Shown: piece by piece, positions 1 through 9,626 of the stretch
How the letters are laid out: the number at the start of each line of letters is the position of its first letter
How positions within the stretch are numbered: the first letter of the stretch is position 1
NCBI GenBank assembly: GCA_965227695.1
Contig: OZ245760.1
Span: forward strand, 174,619-238,618
Length of the DNA: 64,000 nucleotides
DNA from: Gammaproteobacteria bacterium
Lineage (GTDB): Bacteria; Pseudomonadota; Gammaproteobacteria; UBA4575
Direction: 5' to 3'
Program-made: the position numbers and the translations under genes
The notes under the pieces: generated by a model
What the model was told of the DNA's origin: nothing
Databases searched by the model: none
Seen by the model: only the letters and a program-made list of their open reading frames with translations

Positions 1-2
1 TA

Positions 3-341
3 TGTGCTGACAACGCAGATGCCGGTAAGGTAGATGAAGCCAAAGCGACGCTTGCACCCGTCCTCGACCAGTTGAATGCAGCTTTAGGCGAGCATGACTA
101 TATTGTTGGCAAGAACTTCTCTCTTGCCGATATTCACTGGGAAGCAGATATGCACCTATTAAGTTTAACTGCCGGTAATGATTTAATTGAGTCGCGCAGT
201 AACATCAAGAACTGGGTAACCCGGCTTAAAAACAAAAAAAGCGCCTGTGGGCAGGATGTTAAAGCGGCATCATTCCTGCCAACCGCAGAAGATATCAAAG
301 CGAAGAAATTACCCCCTATCATCAAAATCGAAGATTTCTAG
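3..341 (+). CDS. Glutathione S-transferase family protein, C-terminal part (5' end outside window)
   Basis: Frame is open from position 3 (CADNADAGKVDEAKATLAPVLDQLNAALGEHDYIVGKNFSLADIHW). The YIVG..FSLADI N-capping motif is typical of the GST C-terminal domain. Confidence 0.8.
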   Translation, partial: CADNADAGKVDEAKATLAPVLDQLNAALGEHDYIVGKNFSLADIHWEADMHLLSLTAGNDLIESRSNIKNWVTRLKNKKSACGQDVKAASFLPTAEDIKAKKLPPIIKIEDF

Positions 342-365
342 CTTTTTATTGCTATCACCCCGATC

Positions 366-392
366 AAAGCCCCTTTTTCAGGGGCTTTTTTT
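366..392 (+). terminator. Rho-independent terminator
   Basis: AAAGCCCC-tttttca-GGGGCTTT followed by a T-run, 25 nt after the GST stop codon. Confidence 0.85.
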
Positions 393-649
393 ATGTCAAA
401 CCATTTATCAAAGTAACAGACTGGATTATTCGCGGATAGCTCATACAGCCATTCCGACACTGACAAGAACGCTATTGATTCGAATGAATATCCAGCGTGA
501 ATAGCAACACCAGGTTACCATCACGCTGTCAGCTTGACCTGTGGCTTTTAGCCTGACCCCATGCCTGTGATTATATCAGTTTGCTCACTATATACAGATT
601 AAGCAATAATACTGACGAAAGTGCTCACCGCACAAATTAATCGACTCAT

Positions 650-1462
650 ATGCCAATAATTATATTAATAAGTTTTTTAGTGCTGATGTGCATGGCATGG
701 TATGTCTACAGGCACTATAAGTCAGTGCAACGACACAAAAGATACAATGAGCCCATCCCTGAACAATGGGTCCCACTGCTAAAGAATAATGTTCCGTTAT
801 ATTCGCGCATTCCGGATAATCTCAAACGCCATTTTCATGGCTGCATTCAGTTATTCCTCGATGAAAAAGAATTCGTCGGCCATGGGATTAAAATAGATGA
901 CGAGATTCGCCTTACAGTTGCCGCAAATGCATGTTTACTTTTGTTGCATCGAAGACAGATCCGATTTCCCGGCTTTAGCACCATTATTATTTATCCGGAA
1001 TCCTACATCGCAACACACTCTTATTCCAGCGAGGCCGTACAAAGTGTAGAGCTCAGTCATCGTGCCGGAGAATCATGGGTGCGTGGGCCTATTGTTCTTT
1101 CCTGGAGAGACAGCCTAAAAGGGTCGTTAAACGTGCAGGACGGCCATAATGTTGTGCTGCATGAATTTGCACACAAACTTGATGAGCAGACAGGCAGCAT
1201 GAATGGTTTACCGCCATTAAGTGAAAGCTCGCATTACCAGGAATGGAGCCATGTCCTCAATAATGAATTCTTGTCGCTTAAACATCGATCCACGCATAGA
1301 AAGAACTCCGTGCTCGACGAGTACGGCACAATATCACCCGCTGAATTTTTTGCTGTTGCGACAGAGTCTTTTTTTGAAAAACCGCAACAAATGAAAAAGA
1401 AATTACCTGAATTATACCGTCAATTTCAACGATTCTATGAAATTGATCCCGCCGGCTGGTAG
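650..1462 (+). CDS. mtfA: Zinc-dependent peptidase, MtfA / M90 family
   Basis: N-terminal TM anchor; GESW..GPIVLSW, NVVLHEFAHKLD (HExxH) and EFFAVATESFFEKP motifs. Confidence 0.85.
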   Translation: MPIIILISFLVLMCMAWYVYRHYKSVQRHKRYNEPIPEQWVPLLKNNVPLYSRIPDNLKRHFHGCIQLFLDEKEFVGHGIKIDDEIRLTVAANACLLLLHRRQIRFPGFSTIIIYPESYIATHSYSSEAVQSVELSHRAGESWVRGPIVLSWRDSLKGSLNVQDGHNVVLHEFAHKLDEQTGSMNGLPPLSESSHYQEWSHVLNNEFLSLKHRSTHRKNSVLDEYGTISPAEFFAVATESFFEKPQQMKKKLPELYRQFQRFYEIDPAGW

Positions 1463-1522
1463 CCCTGCCAGGTCACAACAGGACCATGGCTTTATTTAAG
1501 ATCAACCATGTGTGAATTCACT

Positions 1523-2167
1523 CTAGAACATGTTTCGTGTTTTCCCGATTTGTATTTCGTTTATCATCATAAGGCTCTCATCTGCTTTTGATTGCATTAA
1601 ATAATCAATTTCCGCCCGATCATCGCTGCCAAGCCATGAATAGGCATCATCCACATCGATGATAACCGGCATGCGATGATGAATTTTTTTCATTGACCGG
1701 TTTGGTTCAGTAGTACAAACCGACATGTCACAGTGTCCCTGCTGATTAACTTCATATATCCCAGCCAGCATAAATGCATCATCGTATGTTTCAATTCGAT
1801 AACGGTCGCGCTTTCCCCTGGGCTGATTTTCGTTCCATTCATAAAAGGCATTAACCGGGATTAAACAGCGCCGCTTGCGGATGGCTTCACCCCAGACTTC
1901 ACTATGCCATATAGGCTGGCCCTTGGCGCTGATGCGTCTTGAATTAAACAAGCGCCTGTTTTTATCCCAATGCCGATGCCAGCCCCAATTCATCATCGTG
2001 GCAGATAAATTCCGGGGTTCATCCGAAATAATGCAAGCAACTGGCTGATAGTACGGATGCAGTTTCTCACTCAATTGAAAATCCGGAACATGCGTATCAG
2101 GCACACCGACACGTGTCATCAGTTTCCTGATTGACTGTCGATTACTTACATTGACTCTTCCACACAT
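1523..2167 (-). CDS. SOS response-associated peptidase (SRAP/YedK/HMCES family; abasic-site protection)
   Basis: Start moved to the ATG at 2167, giving the family N-terminus MCGR; RRCLIPVNAFYEW and IHHRMPVI motifs present. Confidence 0.88.
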   Translation of the reverse strand: MCGRVNVSNRQSIRKLMTRVGVPDTHVPDFQLSEKLHPYYQPVACIISDEPRNLSATMMNWGWHRHWDKNRRLFNSRRISAKGQPIWHSEVWGEAIRKRRCLIPVNAFYEWNENQPRGKRDRYRIETYDDAFMLAGIYEVNQQGHCDMSVCTTEPNRSMKKIHHRMPVIIDVDDAYSWLGSDDRAEIDYLMQSKADESLMMINEIQIGKTRNMF

Positions 2168-2326
2168 ACTGACTCTTTTGTGAATTAAATATCTGACTGA
2201 CAATACTGACCCATACGGATAACAGGCCAGCGTGCAACCATATAATCAGGATATACTCAGCAATCAATTATTGCCATGTCATGGTAAATTAGTTACTTAT
2301 AAATATCCGAATATGAGGTCATAGAA

Positions 2327-3412
2327 ATGTTTTTCATCACAAATAGACAATTCGACGCATCAAAAAAAGGCTATGACAAATTTACCAGACATCCCAACGC
2401 CAAAGGGCCCAATGAGTTACAGGCAATTGAAATTACAGGCGTCAATAGCCCCCGCTTCAGACTTTTAAAAGATCGACTTTCCCTGTCTGAAACCCGTTTA
2501 TTAAAAAATAAGTTCAAACTTGATATCGACGAATCACAGCCACACTACGCAAGCCTGAAGGTTGCCTGTCAGGTTTTTGAACGGGCGCGCAAGGAGAAAA
2601 AAAATGTCCTGTTATACGTTCACGGCTATAATAACGATATTAAGGATGTCTACAGCACCGCCCGTGAAATTGAACGTATCTACGATGTTATTGTCGTGAC
2701 TTTTACCTGGCCGGCTAACGGTGGTGGAGCCTTGTCAGGCACCTTATCCTATCTTGCGGATAAACGCGATGCCCGCGCCTCCCAGGATGCCTTAAACCGT
2801 ACGATCGATCTTGTCGCCAAGTACCATGCCTTACTGACCATGGCGGCAAGAAAGACCCTCATCGACAAAGCCAGCAGTAAATACGCCGACAATCCTACCA
2901 GGCAACGTGAGTATTTGTCGGAACTCATTAAAAAGGACTGCGATCTGTCAATTAGCCTTTTTTGTCACAGCATGGGAAATTATGTTCTCAAATATGCACT
3001 GACCAGCAGCTTGTCTGAAGCACGCAAGCTGGTTTTTGACAATATCATCATATGTGCTGCGGACACTAATAATGAAAATCATCGACAATGGGTGGAACAA
3101 TTACAGGTCAGGCATTCGATTTACATTACGCTCAACGAGAACGACTATGCCCTGTCATGGTCCAGACGCAAGCCTGGTGAACAACAAAAAGCCCGCCTTG
3201 GCCATTATCTCAAGCGCCTGAATGCTGATAATGCAATTTATGTCGACTTTTCAAGCGAAAAATCTGTCAACAACAGTCACTCTTACTTTGATAAAAGAAC
3301 GGTAAATAACAACAAAGGGGCCTTGAGGTTCTTTAAAAAAGCATTCTCCGGTGAGAATGTGACATCCTACTTAGACTACTATGCGCATAATAATACTTAT
3401 AGACCAAAATAG
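2327..3412 (+). CDS. Alpha/beta hydrolase, DUF900-like
   Basis: LLYVHGYN, FTWP and CHSMGN nucleophile-elbow motifs; C-terminal HSYF; GAGG RBS. Confidence 0.75.
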   Translation: MFFITNRQFDASKKGYDKFTRHPNAKGPNELQAIEITGVNSPRFRLLKDRLSLSETRLLKNKFKLDIDESQPHYASLKVACQVFERARKEKKNVLLYVHGYNNDIKDVYSTAREIERIYDVIVVTFTWPANGGGALSGTLSYLADKRDARASQDALNRTIDLVAKYHALLTMAARKTLIDKASSKYADNPTRQREYLSELIKKDCDLSISLFCHSMGNYVLKYALTSSLSEARKLVFDNIIICAADTNNENHRQWVEQLQVRHSIYITLNENDYALSWSRRKPGEQQKARLGHYLKRLNADNAIYVDFSSEKSVNNSHSYFDKRTVNNNKGALRFFKKAFSGENVTSYLDYYAHNNTYRPK

Positions 3413-3663
3413 TCCGGATAACACTTTACCCATGCCAATCTGAATCCGGGCTGCTACAGTCGCCCGCTTGTGTCTGTTCAAACCGATCAGACATCATTAA
3501 TCCGCTCGAATTGACCGTCTGTATTCCACCGCTATTTGTGGGCAGATCTGCCCGATACAATAAAATGACTAATTGTCACAATTTGTAACATCACTGTATT
3601 ATTTTCGAATTAATATGCAGGACAGTCATATAAATTACGTGCAGGTAACCCTGAGGTGAAAAA

Positions 3664-3921
3664 ATGCCCGATCAAGCGCAACTGGATAACTTATTCAACG
3701 CCTTTAAAGTCAGTGCAGAATATCAGTACAAGCTGGATGAACTGAGAAACAGTTTTGATGAAAACCATGTAGAAATTTTTTTAGAAAAGCTTGAGGCTTT
3801 TGACAACATTGATGAATTACTCGCTGAGTCATTCATACCAAGTGAACACTCCAATCAGTTTATCGATTTTGTCAGTGAATTGATTGTCAGCAAATCATTT
3901 AACAATACAGTTTTGAAATAA
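3664..3921 (+). CDS. Hypothetical small acidic protein
   Basis: 85-aa ORF with GAGGTG RBS, filling an otherwise empty interval; no family recognised. Confidence 0.6.
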   Translation: MPDQAQLDNLFNAFKVSAEYQYKLDELRNSFDENHVEIFLEKLEAFDNIDELLAESFIPSEHSNQFIDFVSELIVSKSFNNTVLK

Positions 3922-4079
3922 TTTCATACGGTTTTACATAGCCACACCCCGACACTGACGATCATCTTGTTGAAGCAATGTGTTCAACAGAATGATCGTT
4001 GACTGCCTGCAACAACAATACATTCCAGGCCGGACTGCAAAGCATCGAGCAAAATCCAGATACAGTTTTTGCCCAGTGC

Positions 4080-5933
4080 TCAAAACATTTCTGATGAGTC
4101 AACTTCTTCCTGCGCATCTTTTGAGTTGCGCGCAGGAATGAAATCACCTGTTATCATTTCCTCATAACACATTCCGGGGCCAACCATGGGATAGACACCC
4201 GCATCACGATCGATGATTACTTCCAGGAATGCTGGGCCAGGGAACTCCACAAACTCTTTAATTACTTTTGGAAGATCTGCCTTGTTTTCCAGTCGAACTG
4301 CGTATTCAAATCCATCTGACTCTGCAGATTTAATAAAGTTTTTCTTATGCAAGGATTTATCACTGGCAGACAAACGTCCCTTAAAAAACAGTTTCTGCCA
4401 TTGCTTGACCATCCCGTCACCAAAGTTATTAAGGACTACTGTTTTGACAGGCAGCTGATAAGTTGTGACTGTTTCCAGCTCGCCCAAATTCATTCGGATA
4501 CTTGCATCACCATCAATATTTATGACCATCAGACCGGGTTTGGCAAACTGTGCGCCGATGGCAGCAGGAAGACCAAATCCCATGGTTCCCATACTTCCGG
4601 ATGTCAGCCATAAACGCGGCTGCTTAAAATCGAAATACTGCGCGGCCCACATTTGATGTTGGCCAACACCTGTACTGATAATCGCATCCCCTTTCGTATG
4701 CTTGTTTATTTCCTCAATGACTGCATATGGCTGAATTGTCTCGCTGGTTTTATCGTAGTTCATTGCATAAGTGGCCTTCAGATCGGCAATATGCTTATTC
4801 CATTCGCCATAGTCGGCATCAAATTGATAAACCTCTTTCCCATACTCCAGCAAACATTTTAAACTCTGGGGCAACAACCCAACATGATGCCAGTTTACTG
4901 ATTTCACTTTATCAATTTCGGAGGGATCAATATCAAAGTGGGCGATATATTTTGCATTGGGTACAAACTTTGCCGGCACCGCAGCCACACGGTCATCGAA
5001 GCGCGCACCTATTGCGATCAGAAAATCACAGTCGTCCGCGGCATAATTTGCAAATGCCGTCCCGTGCATCCCGAGCATATGCAGTGATCTTGGTTGCGTT
5101 GTATCATAAGCCCCGATGCCCATCAGGGTAGTGACTACCGGGATTTCGAAAGCATCCGCAAACTCTCTGAGCTGGGCCGAGGCTTCACCGTTAATTGCAC
5201 CACCGCCGGCATAGATCAGCGGCCGCTCCGCCTGTGATAAGGCATCAAAAAACTGTTTCTTCTTGTCTGCTGTTAATTCAGATGAGATCACAGAATGCAT
5301 TCGCTCCCGATAACCTCTTACAGGCAAACGTCCCCTTCCCTTAAATGGACCCACCCAGTTTTGCACGTCTTTGGGTATATCAATGACAACCGGGCCAGGC
5401 CGGCCGGTGCGCGCGATTTCAAAGGCCGTTCTGATTGTCGATTCGAGTTTGGCCGGGTCTGTCACCAGGAAAATATGTTTGGCGACTGCACCCATGATAT
5501 TTGCGATGGGGGCTTCCTGAAAACCATCACTGCCAATCGCTGCAGTCGGAACCTGCCCACAAATAACCACAATTGGAATTGAATCGGCCATGCAGTCCCT
5601 CACCGGTGTGACAGTGTTAGTGGCTCCGGGACCTGATGTGACCATCACCACACCGACTTTACCACTGGCGCGGGCATAACCGGATGCCATGAATCCCGCA
5701 CCCTGTTCATTAGCCGGGACTATCAGGGGCATCGCATCGTTGTTATCATGATTGTAACGAAACACAGCATCGTAAGTGGGTAAAATTGCCCCTCCACTGT
5801 ACCCGAAAATAACATCAGTCCCTTCCTGGGCAAGCACCTGCACAATAATGTCAGCACCCGACATTTCGCGACCCGCTAGCGGGTGATTAGAGGCTTGTTC
5901 GATTTCGAGGGCTTGTTGGGCAGCACTTTGCAT
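4080..5933 (-). CDS. ilvB: Acetolactate synthase large (catalytic) subunit, ThDP/FAD-dependent
   Basis: IFGYSGGAILP, TSGPGATN, FQEAP, GRPGPVVIDIPKD, ARFDDRV, GVGQHQMWAAQ and GDAS..N ThDP motifs. Confidence 0.9.
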   Translation of the reverse strand: MQSAAQQALEIEQASNHPLAGREMSGADIIVQVLAQEGTDVIFGYSGGAILPTYDAVFRYNHDNNDAMPLIVPANEQGAGFMASGYARASGKVGVVMVTSGPGATNTVTPVRDCMADSIPIVVICGQVPTAAIGSDGFQEAPIANIMGAVAKHIFLVTDPAKLESTIRTAFEIARTGRPGPVVIDIPKDVQNWVGPFKGRGRLPVRGYRERMHSVISSELTADKKKQFFDALSQAERPLIYAGGGAINGEASAQLREFADAFEIPVVTTLMGIGAYDTTQPRSLHMLGMHGTAFANYAADDCDFLIAIGARFDDRVAAVPAKFVPNAKYIAHFDIDPSEIDKVKSVNWHHVGLLPQSLKCLLEYGKEVYQFDADYGEWNKHIADLKATYAMNYDKTSETIQPYAVIEEINKHTKGDAIISTGVGQHQMWAAQYFDFKQPRLWLTSGSMGTMGFGLPAAIGAQFAKPGLMVINIDGDASIRMNLGELETVTTYQLPVKTVVLNNFGDGMVKQWQKLFFKGRLSASDKSLHKKNFIKSAESDGFEYAVRLENKADLPKVIKEFVEFPGPAFLEVIIDRDAGVYPMVGPGMCYEEMITGDFIPARNSKDAQEEVDSSEMF

Positions 5934-6213
5934 GGTTTGTATAATATCTTGATCAATAAAGAGATATATCGAAGCTAACTTATTAATAGGTAGCTAGTCA
6001 ATTACCATGAAGTGACATAGCAAGATTGACGTGGACTGCTCTGTGCAGACCACAAATCCGGATCATCACGACATAACATGAATTCTACAAGAAACGGAAT
6101 TGGCCACATTGCCACTTACCTGTACATCCCGAGAATATCGCTGCTGTTTACTTGCACCAGGGCAGTGAACAAGTTAGCTTAAGGAATTATCTTACGCCAA
6201 CAATGCAAACAAC

Positions 6214-7038
6214 ATGGATTCAAGCAATCGCGCTAAAAGTTATAAACCGGAAGAGTATTTCATCGACAAAGAGCCTTATTATGAGCCGGTGTCCGATGAA
6301 ATAGAAGTTTTCGAGGCGGCCTACGCCAACAAGTTGCCGGTATTGCTCAAAGGACCAACAGGATGTGGCAAGACACGCTTTATGGAGTACATGGGCTGGC
6401 GATTAAAAAGGCCACTAATGACGGTCTCATGTCATGATGACTTAACGGCTTCTGACCTGGTCGGGCGGTACCTGGTCACGGGCGGTGAAACCGTTTGGGT
6501 TGACGGACCTCTGGCGCGTGCTGTCAGAACTGGCAGTATCTGCTATCTGGATGAAATTGTTGAAGCACGAAAAGATACGACTGTCGTCATACATCCATTA
6601 TGTGATGATCGACGGGTACTACCCATTGAAAAAATTGGCGAACTGCTTGAGGCACCAGAAGAATTCTGCATGGCCATATCCTATAACCCAGGTTACCAAA
6701 GTGTATTGAAAGACCTCAAACAAAGTACACGCCAACGCTTCGTCGCGCTTGAGTTTGACTACCCTGAAGCCAGTGTAGAGCAAAAAATCATTCAGCGCGA
6801 AACACAAATCGATAACGACACCGCCAGACAGCTGGTTAAATTTGCCCAAATGACACGCAATCTCAAAGGCAGCGGCCTGGATGAGGGTGCCAGCACGCGT
6901 TTGCTGGTCCATGCCGGTAAATTAATTCAAACCGGCGTTAATCCTGTCACCGCATGCAGAAGCGCAATTTCCCAGGCACTCACTGATGACCCTGAAATGC
7001 TGTCCGCCGTTTACGAGCTCAGTTCTTCTGTATTCTAG
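6214..7038 (+). CDS. CbbQ/NirQ/NorQ family MoxR-type AAA+ ATPase
   Basis: Walker [10 protein letters not shown], Walker [19 protein letters not shown] and C-terminal ASTRLL motifs. Confidence 0.92.
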   Translation: MDSSNRAKSYKPEEYFIDKEPYYEPVSDEIEVFEAAYANKLPVLLKGPTGCGKTRFMEYMGWRLKRPLMTVSCHDDLTASDLVGRYLVTGGETVWVDGPLARAVRTGSICYLDEIVEARKDTTVVIHPLCDDRRVLPIEKIGELLEAPEEFCMAISYNPGYQSVLKDLKQSTRQRFVALEFDYPEASVEQKIIQRETQIDNDTARQLVKFAQMTRNLKGSGLDEGASTRLLVHAGKLIQTGVNPVTACRSAISQALTDDPEMLSAVYELSSSVF

Positions 7039-7235
7039 ATAAACTGTACACGGGCCACCTTTTATCCGGGTCATGCAGGGCTAGATATTCACACTCGTAA
7101 ACAACCTGGCTGGTATTGGTCACTCAATACAGCCGCTACGTTTAAGTCAGAAATAGTTTCATCTGTACTCATGGACCGGTGTACAATTTTAGTGCACATA
7201 ATAAAACCAAAATATCAATTACCAGGAGCAGAAAA

Positions 7236-7613
7236 ATGGATGAGGCGACAAAAATCAAGTATCTGAAAATAGCTTTAGTGCTTATCGGGCTTACTTTTAC
7301 TTTTATACTATTGCCACTTACCATTTACTGGCCATCCGGCTGGTCATGGCATGGTGAAGGACGATCGTATTACCTGGAGATGATCCTGGTTATTTACGCC
7401 ACTTTAGGTATTTTTTTAATGTATGCGGCCCGTAACCCTTTGCAGCATCGCAGTCTGATCTGGTTCACCGTATGGTCAAGTGTGGCTCATGGTGCCGTGA
7501 TGGCGTGGCAGTCATTTGATGGCGCCCATAATATGGGACACCTGTTGGGTGATGTCCCGGCGCTGTTTATTGTTGCTGCAGTACTGGCTTACCTGACACC
7601 AAAGAACGCTTAG
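7236..7613 (+). CDS. Four-TM membrane protein, DUF6632-like
   Basis: AGGAG RBS before the ATG at 7236; YWPSGWSW, YATLG, HRSLIWFTVWSSVAHG and HLLGDVPAL motifs. Confidence 0.75.
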   Translation: MDEATKIKYLKIALVLIGLTFTFILLPLTIYWPSGWSWHGEGRSYYLEMILVIYATLGIFLMYAARNPLQHRSLIWFTVWSSVAHGAVMAWQSFDGAHNMGHLLGDVPALFIVAAVLAYLTPKNA

Positions 7614-7621
7614 TCATTACC

Positions 7622-7651
7622 AATAAAGCCGGCCCATGGGCCGGCTTTATT
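7622..7651. terminator. Bidirectional intrinsic terminator between convergent genes
   Basis: Perfect 30-bp palindrome AATAAAGCCGGCCCATGGGCCGGCTTTATT. Confidence 0.8.
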
Positions 7652-7676
7652 TGAGACATAATGTCAGAGTAAAGAT

Positions 7677-7778
7677 TTAAAACAAAGCAATACCGAGGGC
7701 AAAGATCAGCGAAAGTCCAACAATCAGCAGGGCTGTCTCTGCAGCGACAAAGCGACAAAAGATAGAATTACCAAACAT
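7677..7778 (-). CDS. Unannotated 33-aa small membrane protein (MFGNSIFCRFVAAETALLIVGLSLIFALGIALF)
   Basis: AGGAG RBS at 7789-7785, ATG at 7778, TAA at 7679-7677; single hydrophobic C-terminal helix; flanked by a promoter and a terminator. Below the ORF-track length cut-off. Confidence 0.65.
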   Translation of the reverse strand: MFGNSIFCRFVAAETALLIVGLSLIFALGIALF

Positions 7779-7813
7779 GGTTTTCTCCTGGAACGATAAA
7801 TTTAAGTAAGTTT

Positions 7814-7859
7814 AGTATAGTAGTATTTACTAATATAAGCAATAGCTAATGCTTATATT
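7814..7859 (-). promoter_or_regulatory. Putative sigma70 promoter with overlapping inverted-repeat operator for the 33-aa ORF
   Basis: TTGCTT (7842-7837)-N17-TATACT (7819-7814); perfect 10-bp-arm repeat AATATAAGCA-N8-TGCTTATATT at 7832-7859. Confidence 0.5.
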
Positions 7860-8002
7860 CGGATAAAAGGAGAAATTTTTAACGCAACCGGGTGTTTTAA
7901 TGCGTTTTTACACCCCCACGGCACTATAATCCGGAGCAACCAGTATCAATTTCGTGGAAATCATACATATTTTGCGTTCATCCATACAAAAGGAATGGTA
8001 AT

Positions 8003-9049
8003 TTGATTCAAAATGTTTTCTTTTTTGTGTTGCTGATTACTGCAACACTCGCGTTTCTGGCCATTCTATTCCCGTTTTTTGAACCGATTTTATGGGCAGT
8101 GACGCTGGCAGTACTATTCTCCCCTGTACAAAAGAAACTATTACAGCATCTTCATAATCGCGAGAATCTGACGGCACTACTGACCTTACTTATCATCTTA
8201 TTCGCCGTGATCGTTCCGGCGATGTTGCTCTCTATCGCAGTTGGTAAAGAAGGGGTCTCACTTTACCAGGCAATCGCCAAAGGGGAGATCAATTTATCCG
8301 GACCCATCAGCTGGGCACAGAATACCTGGCCATCATTGATCGAACGGGGCGAATCCCTCGGTATTAACCTGGAAGAAATCAAGCAAAAACTCTCTTCATC
8401 CGCCCTGAAGGGCAGCCAGTGGCTGGTTTCTCACCTGTTTACGGTGGGCCAGAACACCTTGAGTTTTACTATTATGTTTTTTTTGATGCTTTACTTGTTG
8501 TTCTTTTTTTTGCGCGATGGCAAAAAGATCATTGAAATGATTATTCATACACTACCCATTGGTGATGAAAGCGAACGCCTGTTACTGGCAAAATTTGCAG
8601 AAGTTTCTCGCGCAACAATCAAAGGCACCTTGCTCGTCGGCATCGTACAGGGTGTTATCGGTGGTATCACATTTTATCTGCTGGGCATTCAGTCTGCTGT
8701 TTTCTGGGGGGTTGTGATGATACTGCTGTCCATTCTGCCTGCCATAGGCTCCGCGCTTGTGTGGTTACCGGCTGCCATTTACCTGTTCACCAATGGCATG
8801 CTGATGAAGGGTGTCATCCTGATATTCGTGGGCGTATTTGTGATTGGAATGATCGATAATATTTTACGCCCGATACTCGTTGGGCGGGATACAAAAATGC
8901 CTGACTATCTTATTCTTTTAAGCACACTGGGAGGATTATCATTGATAGGCATTTCCGGCTTTGTGCTGGGGCCAGTGATCGCAGCATTTTTTTTATCGAT
9001 ATGGGTGATGTTCGCTAACGAATATAATTCTGACAGTACTAGGAAGTAA
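8003..9049 (+). CDS. AI-2E family transporter
   Basis: Multi-TM protein; FFLRDG, GSALVWLP, DNILRPILVG and GFVLGP motifs. Confidence 0.9.
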   Translation: MIQNVFFFVLLITATLAFLAILFPFFEPILWAVTLAVLFSPVQKKLLQHLHNRENLTALLTLLIILFAVIVPAMLLSIAVGKEGVSLYQAIAKGEINLSGPISWAQNTWPSLIERGESLGINLEEIKQKLSSSALKGSQWLVSHLFTVGQNTLSFTIMFFLMLYLLFFFLRDGKKIIEMIIHTLPIGDESERLLLAKFAEVSRATIKGTLLVGIVQGVIGGITFYLLGIQSAVFWGVVMILLSILPAIGSALVWLPAAIYLFTNGMLMKGVILIFVGVFVIGMIDNILRPILVGRDTKMPDYLILLSTLGGLSLIGISGFVLGPVIAAFFLSIWVMFANEYNSDSTRK

Positions 9050-9626
9050 GCGTCTTGACATGCTGCTTTAATACCGGAACCACATCATGCTCAAACCACA
9101 CATTGCGTTTTAGCCAGAGACGGTTTCTCGGAGAAGGATGAGGAATAGGTAAATATTGTGGCGCATAACTTTGCCATGCCCTGACAGTTTCCGTTAAGGT
9201 CGATTTACAAAAATCATTCAAATAATATTTTTGGGCATACATGCCTACCAGTATCACCAGTTCAATCTGAGGCATCAATTCAAGCAAAGGCGGATGCCAT
9301 TGCGGCGCGCATTCACTCCTCGGAGGTAAATCACCGGATTTTCCCTTGCCCGGATAGCAAAACCCCATCGGCATTATTGCAATTTTATTATTATCGTAAA
9401 ATATGTCGCGGCTTAAACCCATCCAGTCGCGCAGTCGGTCCCCGCTGGCATCATTCCATGGAATGCAGCTATGATGCACTTTGGCGCCTGGCGCCTGGCC
9501 GATAATGAGTAATCTTGCTGTGCGCGAAGGAACAACAATCGGGTTTGGCGCAAACGGGAGTTGATGATCACATCGTTTACATGAGCGAATTTGACGGGTC
9601 AGATCGCTTAGCTTCTTTTTTGACAT
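9039..9626 (-). CDS. Uracil-DNA glycosylase superfamily protein
   Basis: CxxC, IIGQAPG, PWNDASGDRLRDW, MGFCYPG and PHPSPRN motifs. Confidence 0.88.
   Translation of the reverse strand: MSKKKLSDLTRQIRSCKRCDHQLPFAPNPIVVPSRTARLLIIGQAPGAKVHHSCIPWNDASGDRLRDWMGLSRDIFYDNNKIAIMPMGFCYPGKGKSGDLPPRSECAPQWHPPLLELMPQIELVILVGMYAQKYYLNDFCKSTLTETVRAWQSYAPQYLPIPHPSPRNRLWLKRNVWFEHDVVPVLKQHVKTLTS

Noticed and set aside
1523-9626. SRAP plus UDG as a joint abasic-site or defence system
   Set aside because: About 7 kb apart with unrelated genes between them; nothing suggests co-regulation.
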